A stretch of 64,000 bases of DNA. Origin: Nitrospirota bacterium. GTDB taxonomy: Bacteria > Nitrospirota > UBA9217. A model generated the notes under the pieces. It was not told the origin of the DNA, made no database searches, and worked only from the letters and a program-made list of their open reading frames with translations. The stretch lies in contig CAWCKW010000012.1 in NCBI GenBank assembly GCA_963796285.1, positions 96,001 to 160,000 of the forward strand, given 5' to 3'. Below, piece by piece: positions 50,365-59,162 of this stretch (within the stretch, counting starts at the first letter, position 1; every line of letters begins with the position of its first letter). The position numbers and the translations under genes are program-made.

Positions 50365-50946
50365 ATGGGTAAGAACAGACTCGAGGCTTTCAGCGATGGC
50401 GTCATTGCGATCATCATTACGATCATGGTGCTCGAGATGAAGATCCCGCATGGTGACAACCTCGGAACGCTGGCGCCGCTTGTTCCGGTATTCATGAGCT
50501 ACGTTCTGAGCTTCGTTTACGTTGGCATTTACTGGAACAATCATCACCACATGCTCCACACCTGCACACGGGTGACCGGGAGTATTCTGTGGGCGAATCT
50601 GCATCTCCTTTTCTGGCTGTCGCTCTTTCCGTTCGTTACGGGCTGGATGGGTGAGAACCATTTCGCCGCCGTGCCTACCGCACTCTACGGCGGAGTGCTC
50701 CTTGCAGCAGCCATCGCTTATTTTATCCTTCAGCAAACAATCATTGCGTCGCAGGGCCCGGGGTCACCGCTGAAGGCCGCAATCGGCCATGACTGGAAGG
50801 GCAAGCTGTCGCCTGTCCTGTATATGTGCGGAATCGTTTCTACGCTCCTTGGGTCGTGGGTCGCGCAAGTTCTGTACGTGGCGGTAGCGCTGATGTGGTT
50901 GGTGCCTGATCGGCGAATTGAAAAGTCATTTCACGATCAGGCCTGA
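50365..50946 (+). CDS. TMEM175 family K+ channel (DUF1211)
   Basis: RLEAFSDGVIAIIITIMVLE, YWNNHH, VPDRRIE. Confidence 0.92.
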   Translation: MGKNRLEAFSDGVIAIIITIMVLEMKIPHGDNLGTLAPLVPVFMSYVLSFVYVGIYWNNHHHMLHTCTRVTGSILWANLHLLFWLSLFPFVTGWMGENHFAAVPTALYGGVLLAAAIAYFILQQTIIASQGPGSPLKAAIGHDWKGKLSPVLYMCGIVSTLLGSWVAQVLYVAVALMWLVPDRRIEKSFHDQA

Positions 50947-51006
50947 CCAATCATTCAAGCGAACGCGTGCCCTGCGGGCCTGCGCCGCTTAATTCTGTCA
51001 TTATGA
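50941..51006 (+). mobile_element. Degenerate integron attC-like site
   Basis: GCCTGAC (R'' variant over the stop codon), TTCAAGCG...CGCTTAA inner boxes, ATTATGA (R' variant). Confidence 0.5.
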
Positions 51007-51092
51007 TTCTATGCAAGATGTTGGGCAGAATGGCGCTGACCGACCTACCAAGCCGCAAATCGGGTTTCTCTTATCGAGGAGTGAATGACAGG

Positions 51093-52055
51093 ATGAGCCG
51101 AACCCTCACGACTTGTTTTCGAATCGCAATCGCGATGCTCGTTTTGTGGTTGGCGTCTGTGGCTCCGGGACACTCGGCCGTCGCCGCGCCGCGAGCCGTC
51201 TGGATCTGGGAGGAAGACGCCTTCCGCATGCTCGACAAGGACGAGGCGCAGCGGGAAGTAGAAACCTTCCTCGATCAGCAGCATATCTCGACGATCTATC
51301 TGTATGCCGATGAATTTAACGGCCGGAACATTCTTGTGAACGAGCCCAAGAAATACCGGAAGCTCATAGCAAGCGCCCATGCGCGAGGGTTCAAGGTATT
51401 TGCGCTTCTTGGCTCGGCGTATCTCCGCACCCAGGAGTACATCCTCCAGGAGAAGCGTCGTGCCGCCAAACGCATGTTCGGAGCTGTCCTCGACTTCAAC
51501 AGAGACACGCCGGATGCGTCCTCGCGATTCGACGGGGTCAACATTGACATAGAACCATACCTTCTCGACGACTGGGCAACCGGGCGCCCGGTGCGTGGCC
51601 GGCAGTATCTGGAGCTCTCCGCCGAATTCATGCGCATGAAGGCCGAGGCCGGATCGAGTTTGCTGGTGGGGCCGGCGATGCCGTTCTGGTACGACGGCAT
51701 CGAAGACGTCGAGTGGAAGGGGCAACGCCGGAAGCTGAACGAGTTCGTTCAAGACATCTACGACTATGTCGCGATCATGGACTACAGGAACGTTGCCGAA
51801 GGTTCTGATGGGATCGTGTCGAACGCACAGGACGAGCTCGATTACGCGGATCGGGTGAACAAGATAGTGATGATCGGCGTCGAAACTCTTCAGTCCACAC
51901 CGGCGAAGGTCACCTTCTTTGGAAAGGGCAATAACTACTTTGAAGCGCAACTGGCACTGGCGGAATCCGCGATGACACAGCATCGGTCGTTCGGAGGTTT
52001 CGTTGTCCATCACTTGAAACCCTATCGTGTTTTGGTTGAGGATAAGAAAAAGTGA
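51093..52055 (+). CDS. Secreted TIM-barrel, glycoside hydrolase-like protein
   Basis: Signal peptide; FDGVNIDIEPY (DxE), IMDYR. Confidence 0.6.
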   Translation: MSRTLTTCFRIAIAMLVLWLASVAPGHSAVAAPRAVWIWEEDAFRMLDKDEAQREVETFLDQQHISTIYLYADEFNGRNILVNEPKKYRKLIASAHARGFKVFALLGSAYLRTQEYILQEKRRAAKRMFGAVLDFNRDTPDASSRFDGVNIDIEPYLLDDWATGRPVRGRQYLELSAEFMRMKAEAGSSLLVGPAMPFWYDGIEDVEWKGQRRKLNEFVQDIYDYVAIMDYRNVAEGSDGIVSNAQDELDYADRVNKIVMIGVETLQSTPAKVTFFGKGNNYFEAQLALAESAMTQHRSFGGFVVHHLKPYRVLVEDKKK

Positions 52056-52190
52056 GGCCCGCATCGCATTTTCGAGAACTTATAGACATAATGGTTGACA
52101 GTTGAAAATCAAGTGACCTGCCCCTTGCAACGTGGGTTATACTTGGGAACCGGGTTCCCAAATACAGAGCCACAACCAAGGAGGCAGGTC

Positions 52191-53300
52191 ATGAAACATT
52201 CTATCATTTTTGTCGGACTAGATGTACACAAAGATTCTATTGATATCGCCCTGGCCGATGATGGCAGAAACGGCGAGATCAGGTTCTACGGCACTATCGG
52301 CGGCGATACAGCATCGCTGGACAAAGCGATTCGTAAATTCCGCCGTTCTGGCACTGAGCTTCGTTTCGTATATGAAGCAGGCCCCTGCGGGTATGAGATC
52401 TACCGGCACCTGACTGCACAAGAATTCCCCTGCGATGTTATCGCGCCTTCGATGACACCGAAGAAGAGCGGCGATCGTATCAAGACCGATCGGCGGGATG
52501 CCCTGACTCTTGCCAGACTCTACCGATCGGGCGAATTGACACCGGTTTATGTCCCCCGGGAGGACGATGAAGCTATGCGTGACCTCGTCCGAGGCCGGGG
52601 GGACGCCGTAAACGCAACCCGGAAGGCCCGGCAACGCTTGAGCGCTTTCGTTCTTCGCCATGGTTTCCGGTATTCCGGCAGAAACGCATGGAGCGCGGCT
52701 CATCTGCGGTGGCTTGCGGACATCAAGATGCCGCATCCGGCCCAGCAGATCACGCTTCAGGAGTACATCAACAGCATCGAAGAGAATTCGGAGCGTGTTG
52801 ACCGTCTGACCGATCAGATATTGAAACTGATTCCAGCATGGCGCATGGCACCAGTCGTAGCTGCCCTTCAGGCTCTTCGCGGCGTGGCAGCTATTGTCGC
52901 AACAACCATGGTAGTCGAGATCGGAGACCTCAGGCGATTTGAGAATCCCCGGCAGCTCATGGCCTATCTGGGCTTGGTGCCCTCGGAGAACTCCAGCGGC
53001 CAGACCACCAAGCGGGGCGGCATCACGAAAACGGGCAATAGCCATGCCCGACGCGCCTTGATTGAAGCGGCACAGACGTATAGCTTCCCAGCCAAGGTCA
53101 GCAGGGAGCTCCGAAAGCGCCAGGAGGGCTTGCCGCGCGAGATCAAGGATATATCCTGGAAGGCCCAGGTGCGGCTCTGCGGACGATTCCGCAAACTCAT
53201 GGCCAGAGGGAAAAACTGAAACCGGACCGTAACCGCAATCGCACGAGAGCTTTCCGGGTTCATGTGGGCCATTGCCAAGGAAATACCCATGCCAGCATAA
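52191..53300 (+). pseudogene. IS110 DEDD recombinase with premature TGA at 53217
   Basis: GLDVHK, YEAGPCG, KTDRRDA, GLVPSENSSG, ITKTGN; frame resumes after the TGA with NRTVTAIARELSGFMWAIAKE. Confidence 0.88.
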
Positions 53301-53610
53301 GGCCAGAAACAGCTTTCAAAGAACACGACGGCTATTAAGGAGAACCGCCAAGAACAACAAACAACTATCCAGGATATCACCAGAGACGCGACCACGATCA
53401 GGAGAACTCTCGTGCACCCTATGGAATAAGGCTTCGCCGAACTTCCGTTTTTAGAGCGAGACAGCTCCGCGATGGAGACAAGTCATGCGGTCAAATCCGC
53501 GAATATCAGAGTGATCAATCGTCGCCGATAGGTCCCGTCTCTGGTCATGCCCTGGAGCAATAACTGATATCATCCCTTTTGTACGGAGGGGCGGGGAAAC
53601 TGTTTTCTCC
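53301..53610 (+). ncRNA. Putative bridge/seek RNA region of the IS
   Basis: Noncoding right end with segments matching the target and circle-junction sequences. Confidence 0.5.
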
Positions 53611-53695
53611 TTGACAACTGTCAACCATATCAGGGTAGCATCTTCGCTGCGGGGTAGTTCATTTGAAGTGTTTCGATAATGGAGGTGGTTAGTAA

Positions 53696-54100
53696 ATGAC
53701 ATGGGCAGATGAAATAAATAACAATAGAGACGATATTATGAATCAACAAGACACTATATATATAAAGGCGAAATATAAGTACTATTCCTTGTCCCCTATG
53801 GTTATACGTGTTCTTGATGAGCTCGGTGAATCATTATGGGGTAGAAACGTTTTATTTTTTAAAAAATATAAAATTAATGCTGAGTTTAATTATCCTTGTT
53901 ATTGGGACTTATTTGAAAACAAAGAGTATGAAAATCAACCTAAAAATTTATTGAGAGTATATTTTGGCGAAGATTTGACACATTTCGTCATATCGATACC
54001 AATATTATTTTCAGGCAGGAGGCCAGATGCTATATCATGTAAAGATCTCTCTGAACAAGGGCTTAAGGAAGGATTGATTGAGATGGCTAAAGCTTTTTAA
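53696..54100 (+). CDS. AT-rich hypothetical protein
   Basis: 134-aa ORF with GGAGGT RBS; much lower GC than flanks. Confidence 0.5.
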   Translation: MTWADEINNNRDDIMNQQDTIYIKAKYKYYSLSPMVIRVLDELGESLWGRNVLFFKKYKINAEFNYPCYWDLFENKEYENQPKNLLRVYFGEDLTHFVISIPILFSGRRPDAISCKDLSEQGLKEGLIEMAKAF

Positions 54101-54218
54101 AAATAATCGAATAAAAAAAACAGTTAATAGAGAAACATGAGTGTGTCAAACCTACACATTTGATAAGAGAGCAAAACTCAAAGTAAAAAAAGGCGAAAAT
54201 AGGGCGAATGACTAGACA

Positions 54219-54866
54219 ATGACTCATAATCTGAAAGCGGATAAAACGCAAGCCAGGCGCTTCAGCGTGTTCAATGCGCCCAACGCACTATCCGTATACC
54301 GCATTGCGGCCGCGCCGTTAATCCTCTACAGCATATTCTCCGGCCACCGAATGCTGTTTGCCTGGCTGGTCATTATCAACCTCGTTACCGATGCCCTTGA
54401 CGGTTTCATCGCCAGGCACTGGAAGATGGAGACCTCCATTGGGGTAAAGTTCGACTCGATCGGCGACCTAACAACGGACGTCCTTACGTTGTTAGGACTG
54501 GTCGTCCTTGAACAGCCGTTTGTGAGGAGCTACATCCTTCCGATCGGCCTGCTCATCGGCTTCTACCTGGCATCCCAGGTTCTTTCGCTCCTGCGCTTCC
54601 ATCGGCTGGTCTCCCTGCACCTCTATTCAAGCAAGCTCACAAACATCTTGCTGGCCGTGTTCTTCACCGCCTATTTCCTGGTCGCCTATGTCCCGGTGCT
54701 GTTCTACACGATGATCGTCGTGGGTATCCTTGGCGCCATCGAAGAAATTGCCGTCCTCTGCTTTCTCAAGGAGCACCAGGAAAATGTGCGCGGCCTTTAC
54801 TGGGTTCTGAAAGGAATGAAGACAAAGCCTATGGACGATAGTACGGGCAGGTTGGGACGCCCATAA
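54219..54866 (+). CDS. CDP-alcohol phosphatidyltransferase family protein
   Basis: NAPNALSVYR, TDALDGFIAR...G.KFDSIGD. Confidence 0.88.
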   Translation: MTHNLKADKTQARRFSVFNAPNALSVYRIAAAPLILYSIFSGHRMLFAWLVIINLVTDALDGFIARHWKMETSIGVKFDSIGDLTTDVLTLLGLVVLEQPFVRSYILPIGLLIGFYLASQVLSLLRFHRLVSLHLYSSKLTNILLAVFFTAYFLVAYVPVLFYTMIVVGILGAIEEIAVLCFLKEHQENVRGLYWVLKGMKTKPMDDSTGRLGRP

Positions 54867-54922
54867 AATCATAAGATCGTTTCCAACCAAACGTTCCAGC
54901 TGCCAAGCAGCTAAACTCGTCG

Positions 54923-55270
54923 TTACTCCGCAGACGATGAAAAATCGATCCGCTTCCTGACGGCCTCGACGCGGTCCACCCGCACCCGCGCGGTGTCGCC
55001 GATGCGATATGATGACTTCTTCTTTTCTCCCCTTAGCAAGTGCAGCTTCTCCACATAGTGGTAGTAGCCGTCGTTGAGCGACGAGACATGCACCAGCCCT
55101 TCCGCGAAGAGATCGCGGAGCTGCACGAAGAAACCGAATTGCAGCACTCCTGTGATGATGCCGTCGTACACCTCGCCCACCTTGTCCTTCATGAACTCGA
55201 GCTTCAGCATGGTGATCACGTCGCGCTCCGCCTCCATGGCGATCCGTTCACGTTTGGAGCAATGTTCCGC
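54923..55270 (-). pseudogene. Duplicated 3' end of rnr (S1 domain)
   Basis: 348-bp direct repeat of 56257-56604, about 15 mismatches counted by eye. Confidence 0.88.
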
Positions 55271-55331
55271 AATCCGTCCTGATAATAAATTGTTGAACAT
55301 CAATATTTGAAGTTATATTGACATTGCTGGA

Positions 55332-55916
55332 ATGGAGATTTATCATATCGCCATGAATAAGCTGATTGATTTCTTAATAGAGTTTCTCCAGGACCTGAAG
55401 AATATGGATAAGGTTAAGCTTGCCAGGGAGTTTAAAGAAATTGTCTATCATACGAATAAGCAGTTGTTCAGCCAGATCCCGGGTGTCAGCGCTATTGTTG
55501 GGCTTTTGGTCGGATCGTGGGTAGCCTCAACTTTTACGAACTCGCCGATCAAAGGCTTCCTGTCCTCCGTTGGTATAATGAAAGGAGGAACCCATGTGGT
55601 CAGTAACACGACCTATAGATTTATTTCGGTGCTTTTGCCACTTATTGCTACGGCTATTACCGCTTATATAGTCCAAAAGACCATGAAGATATATCGTAAT
55701 AAAAGGTTGGAAAGAAGCATGGCGCTCGTGGCGCAATTAGGGGAAGATGATCAATCTGCGTTGCGCGGCAAAATGGGTATTCTGGATAAGGCCAAAGAGG
55801 CAGGCCTCGTCTCAGAAAGCGAATATCAGACAAAGCTTGTCAATCTCTACCAATCTTATACCAGAGATAACCATTCCAAGATCGAGGAAATAATTATCAA
55901 GAAGTTTGCGAGTTAG
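55332..55916 (+). CDS. Hypothetical membrane protein with SHOCT-like C-terminus
   Basis: Two hydrophobic segments; AKEAGLVSESEYQTKL; AT-richer than flanks. Confidence 0.6.
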   Translation: MEIYHIAMNKLIDFLIEFLQDLKNMDKVKLAREFKEIVYHTNKQLFSQIPGVSAIVGLLVGSWVASTFTNSPIKGFLSSVGIMKGGTHVVSNTTYRFISVLLPLIATAITAYIVQKTMKIYRNKRLERSMALVAQLGEDDQSALRGKMGILDKAKEAGLVSESEYQTKLVNLYQSYTRDNHSKIEEIIIKKFAS

Positions 55917-56256
55917 CATCACTCGACCTGTCTCACCTGCATAATAAAAAATCCATATATTTGTCCGGGTAATATCGATATTGCTCCCGAGACGCTTTGG
56001 ACCCGATCTGTACAAGCATAAAATAATCGTTTCTCAGCTGCGAATCGACTTTGTCCGGGCTTCGCCAGGGTGAGTCAGCCGTGTTCTCTCGTACATGTTA
56101 ATAATATTACTTCATGGTATGTGAAAGCGGGAGTTTATCATCCGAAGAGGGAAGAAATGAACTGATACGATTTGATTGAACAATCGGGCGTGAATGAAAT
56201 AGATGTTGGGCTTCACATTGTTCAGACCAACCTGCCAGCTGTCCTGAAAAATCGTT

Positions 56257-58401
56257 TTAATCCGCAGACAACGAAAAATCGATCCGCTTCCTGACGGCGT
56301 CGACGCGGTCCACCCGCACCCGCACTGTGTCGCCGATGCGATATGAGGACTTCTTCTTTTCTCCCCGCAGCAAATGCAGCTTCTCCACATAGTGGTAGTA
56401 GTCGTCGTTGAGCGACGAGACATGCACCAGCCCTTCCACGAAGAGATCGTGGAGCTGCACGAAGAAACCGAATTGCAGCACTCCCGTGATGATGCCGTCG
56501 TACACCTCGCCCACCTTGTCCTTCATGAACTCGAGCTTCAGCATGGTGATCACGTCGCGCTCCGCCTCCATGGCGATCCGTTCACGTTTGGAGCAGTGTT
56601 CCGCCTGGCCGGGAAGTTTTTCAGCAAGCTTCTCGGCATAGGCCGGGTCCTTCAGCCTGCCGCGCAGGTCCGCCTTCAGGATCCTGTGCGCGATCAGGTC
56701 CGGGTAGCGCCGGATAGGGGAGGTGAAGTGCGTATACGTCTCGGCGGCGAGGCCGAAGTGGCCGACGTTCTCGGCCGAATACTTTGCCTGTTTCATGGTG
56801 CGGAGCAGGACCGTGTTGATCAGCGTCTCTTCCGGCGTGCCCTTGGCCTTGGCGAGCGCCTTCTGCAGGTGCAGGGGTTTGAGCTTCTTCACCGCCGGGA
56901 GGGTGATGCCGAGGGTGGCGAGGAACTCGATAAGGTCCGTCAATTTTTCCTCGGCCGGCTCCTCATGGATGCGATAGATGAACGGCGCTTTTTTCCGCTC
57001 GATGTGGCGCGCCGTGGTCTCGTTCGCCGCGAGCATGAACTCCTCGATGATCTGGTGCGCCATGTTCCGTTCGGCCTTGAGGATGTCGGTCATGCGGCCC
57101 TGGAGGTCGAGCACGATCTGGGGTTCGGGAAGATCGAAGTCGATGCTGCCCCGTTTCGCCCGCTTCGCGCGCAGCACCGCCATGAGCTCTTCCATGAGCC
57201 CGAACTCGTCGAGCAGCGCGGCATAGCGCGTCCGCTGGGCCGCGTCACGGTCCACGAGGATCTCGCGCACCGCGGTGTAGGTCATGCGCTCGTTGCTGTT
57301 GATGACGCTCTCGTAGATGTCGTACCGCACGATCTCTCCCTCCGGAGAGATGTCCATCTCGCAGGTGAAGGTGAGCCGGTCCACGTTCGGGTTCAGGCTG
57401 CAGATGCCGTTCGAGAGCGCCTCGGGAAGCATGGGAATGGCGCGGTCCGGCAGGTACACGCTCGTGGCGCGCTGGTAGGCCTCTTCATCAAGGGTCGTGC
57501 CTTCATTGACATAGCTCGAAACATCGGCGATGTGCACCCAGAGGCGGTATCCCGCCTTGATCTTTTCGATGGAGATCGCGTCGTCGAAGTCGCGGGCCGT
57601 TTCTCCGTCAATGGTCACCGTCACCAGGTCCCGGAGGTCTTTCCTGCCCTTGCGCATTGCGGCGCTGACCTGCTGCGGGATGTCTTCGGCCTCACGGATC
57701 GTGGCGGGCGTAAAATGGACCGGCAACTCGTACTGTTCGATGATCAGCTCGGAGTCGATGCCGGGCTGGCCGGGCTGGCCGATGACCCTGAGGATCCTGC
57801 CTTCAGGCGGTCTGCCGCGCATGGGGTAGGAGATGATCTCGGCGGACACGATGTCGCCGTTTCTGGCTGCGCCCGCGTTCTCCCTGCCGATGACAAGGTC
57901 CTGGGTTATCTTCGGGTCGCGGGACGTTACAAAACCGTATCCTCCGGTCTTCGGATCAGGGAGCTCATACGTGCCGACGACCCTCGTGTGCGCGCGCTCG
58001 AGGATGCGGATGATCAGGCCCTCGCGTTTGCCCGCGGGCTTCCTTCTCCCGGCTGGCGGCGATACGCGGGCCACGACCTTGTCGCCGTTCATGGCGTCCA
58101 GTTTGCCCTTCGCGGAGATGTAGATGTCTGTCTTGCCTTTTATTTCCGGTATCACGAACCCGTATCCCTGCGGGTGGGCCTGGAAGATGCCCGTTTCGAG
58201 GTCCATCTTCTCGGGTAGGCCGTAGCGGTTGCCGCGCGTCTTGATGATCTCGCCGTTCAGGACAAGCTCGTTGAGCGCCCGTTTGAGCTCATGCCGGTCG
58301 TCGGCCGTGAGCTTCAGCAGCCGCATCAGCTCGCGCACCATCACGGGCTTGCCGGTCCTGGTCTTGATAAGGGCTATGAGTTGTTTGTGGGTGTATTCCA
58401 T
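56257..58401 (-). CDS. rnr: Ribonuclease R
   Basis: HPQGYGFV, TIDGETARDFDDA, HIADVS, HFTSPIRRYPDL, S1 domain. Confidence 0.96.
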   Translation of the reverse strand: MEYTHKQLIALIKTRTGKPVMVRELMRLLKLTADDRHELKRALNELVLNGEIIKTRGNRYGLPEKMDLETGIFQAHPQGYGFVIPEIKGKTDIYISAKGKLDAMNGDKVVARVSPPAGRRKPAGKREGLIIRILERAHTRVVGTYELPDPKTGGYGFVTSRDPKITQDLVIGRENAGAARNGDIVSAEIISYPMRGRPPEGRILRVIGQPGQPGIDSELIIEQYELPVHFTPATIREAEDIPQQVSAAMRKGRKDLRDLVTVTIDGETARDFDDAISIEKIKAGYRLWVHIADVSSYVNEGTTLDEEAYQRATSVYLPDRAIPMLPEALSNGICSLNPNVDRLTFTCEMDISPEGEIVRYDIYESVINSNERMTYTAVREILVDRDAAQRTRYAALLDEFGLMEELMAVLRAKRAKRGSIDFDLPEPQIVLDLQGRMTDILKAERNMAHQIIEEFMLAANETTARHIERKKAPFIYRIHEEPAEEKLTDLIEFLATLGITLPAVKKLKPLHLQKALAKAKGTPEETLINTVLLRTMKQAKYSAENVGHFGLAAETYTHFTSPIRRYPDLIAHRILKADLRGRLKDPAYAEKLAEKLPGQAEHCSKRERIAMEAERDVITMLKLEFMKDKVGEVYDGIITGVLQFGFFVQLHDLFVEGLVHVSSLNDDYYHYVEKLHLLRGEKKKSSYRIGDTVRVRVDRVDAVRKRIDFSLSAD

Positions 58402-58408
58402 AATCATT

Positions 58409-58489
58409 CAGAAAACAGAGAACAGAAGACAGATTACAGACAACTGACTAAAGATTTTGATTTTTCTGTCCTCTGGCATCTGTGCTCTA
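58409..58489. repeat. Empty inverted CAGANNN/NNNTCTG heptamer array
   Basis: cagaaaa cagagaa cagaaga cagatta cagacaa ctgacta ... ttttctg tcctctg gcatctg tgctcta. Confidence 0.75.
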
Positions 58490-58891
58490 TTCTCTCTCTA
58501 TCCTCACAAGTTTCGCTGTCGCCTCCGCGATCACGACCGGCCCCCGTTCTATCTTCGCCTGGGCCTGGATCAGTTTCTTCGTTTCACTGGTGATCCAGCC
58601 GGAAACGAGCAGTTCATCTCCCGGTGCGGCCGGGGCCTTGAAGGTGACTGTTATTTCCGCGGTCACGGCGGGGATCCCGAGGCTGACGGTGATCTTGCCC
58701 ATGGCCTCATCGAGCAATGTCGAGAGGATGCCGCCGTGGACGATCCCTTCGTACCCCTGGTGATTGACCGATGGCGTGAATTTCGCGCTGATGGCCCGCT
58801 GCTCTCTGTTGATCTCAAAATCAACGCCAAGGCCGGCCGGGTTTTCTTTGCCGCAGACGTAGCAGCGCTGGTTGTCGCGGAGTTGGATCAT
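58487..58891 (-). CDS. PaaI family hot-dog thioesterase
   Basis: CYVCGKENPAGL, HQGYEGIVHGGILSTLLDEAM. Confidence 0.9.
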   Translation of the reverse strand: MIQLRDNQRCYVCGKENPAGLGVDFEINREQRAISAKFTPSVNHQGYEGIVHGGILSTLLDEAMGKITVSLGIPAVTAEITVTFKAPAAPGDELLVSGWITSETKKLIQAQAKIERGPVVIAEATAKLVRIERE

Positions 58892-58966
58892 ATCGATATA
58901 TTGGCAGGTGAACAGGATTTACCTAATTCAAGAATGATAAATTCGTAAGAAAGTCACGGATTATGC

Positions 58967-59047
58967 CACACTGAGAACCACGAAGACACAAAGTGTAAGG
59001 ATGATTTAATCGAGCGGCCTTTCTTCGTGTCCTCTGTGCCTCCGTGT
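58967..59047. repeat. Inverted 8/9-nt tandem array
   Basis: cacactgagaaccacgaagacacaaag...cttcgtgtcctctgtgcctccgtgt. Confidence 0.6.
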
Positions 59048-59162
59048 AAAAGCAAGATTTTGAACGAGATCATCAAGAATGGATCAAGACTGTATCCTGT
59101 GTCCCTGTCGAAAAGAGTGCTTGCGCTTGTAACTCCTGATACTTATCAGTATAATATAAAAA

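Larger units (their letters stand above)
52084..53631 (+). mobile_element. IS110-family, IS1111-type insertion sequence
   Basis: 14-bp sub-terminal IRs ATGGTTGACAGTTG (52091-52104) and CAACTGTCAACCAT (53615-53628), 7 and 3 nt from the inferred ends; long 3' noncoding end. Confidence 0.85.

Noticed and set aside
53217-53219. Selenocysteine read-through of the transposase TGA
   Set aside because: Not a Cys-type position and no evident SECIS; a simple nonsense change or base error is more likely.
54923-56604. Diversity-generating retroelement TR/VR pair (near-identical repeats, Avd-like gene in window)
   Set aside because: Mismatches are not restricted to adenines on either strand, and there is no reverse transcriptase in the window.
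56374-58218. Long antisense ORFs (also 1338-2456, 5447-6970, 17640-18923, 45825-46805)
   Set aside because: Shadow frames of GC-rich genes on the opposite strand, with no recognisable motifs.
58409-58489. CRISPR array interpretation of the periodic repeats
   Set aside because: Units are 7-9 nt with no unique spacers, and no cas genes are present.
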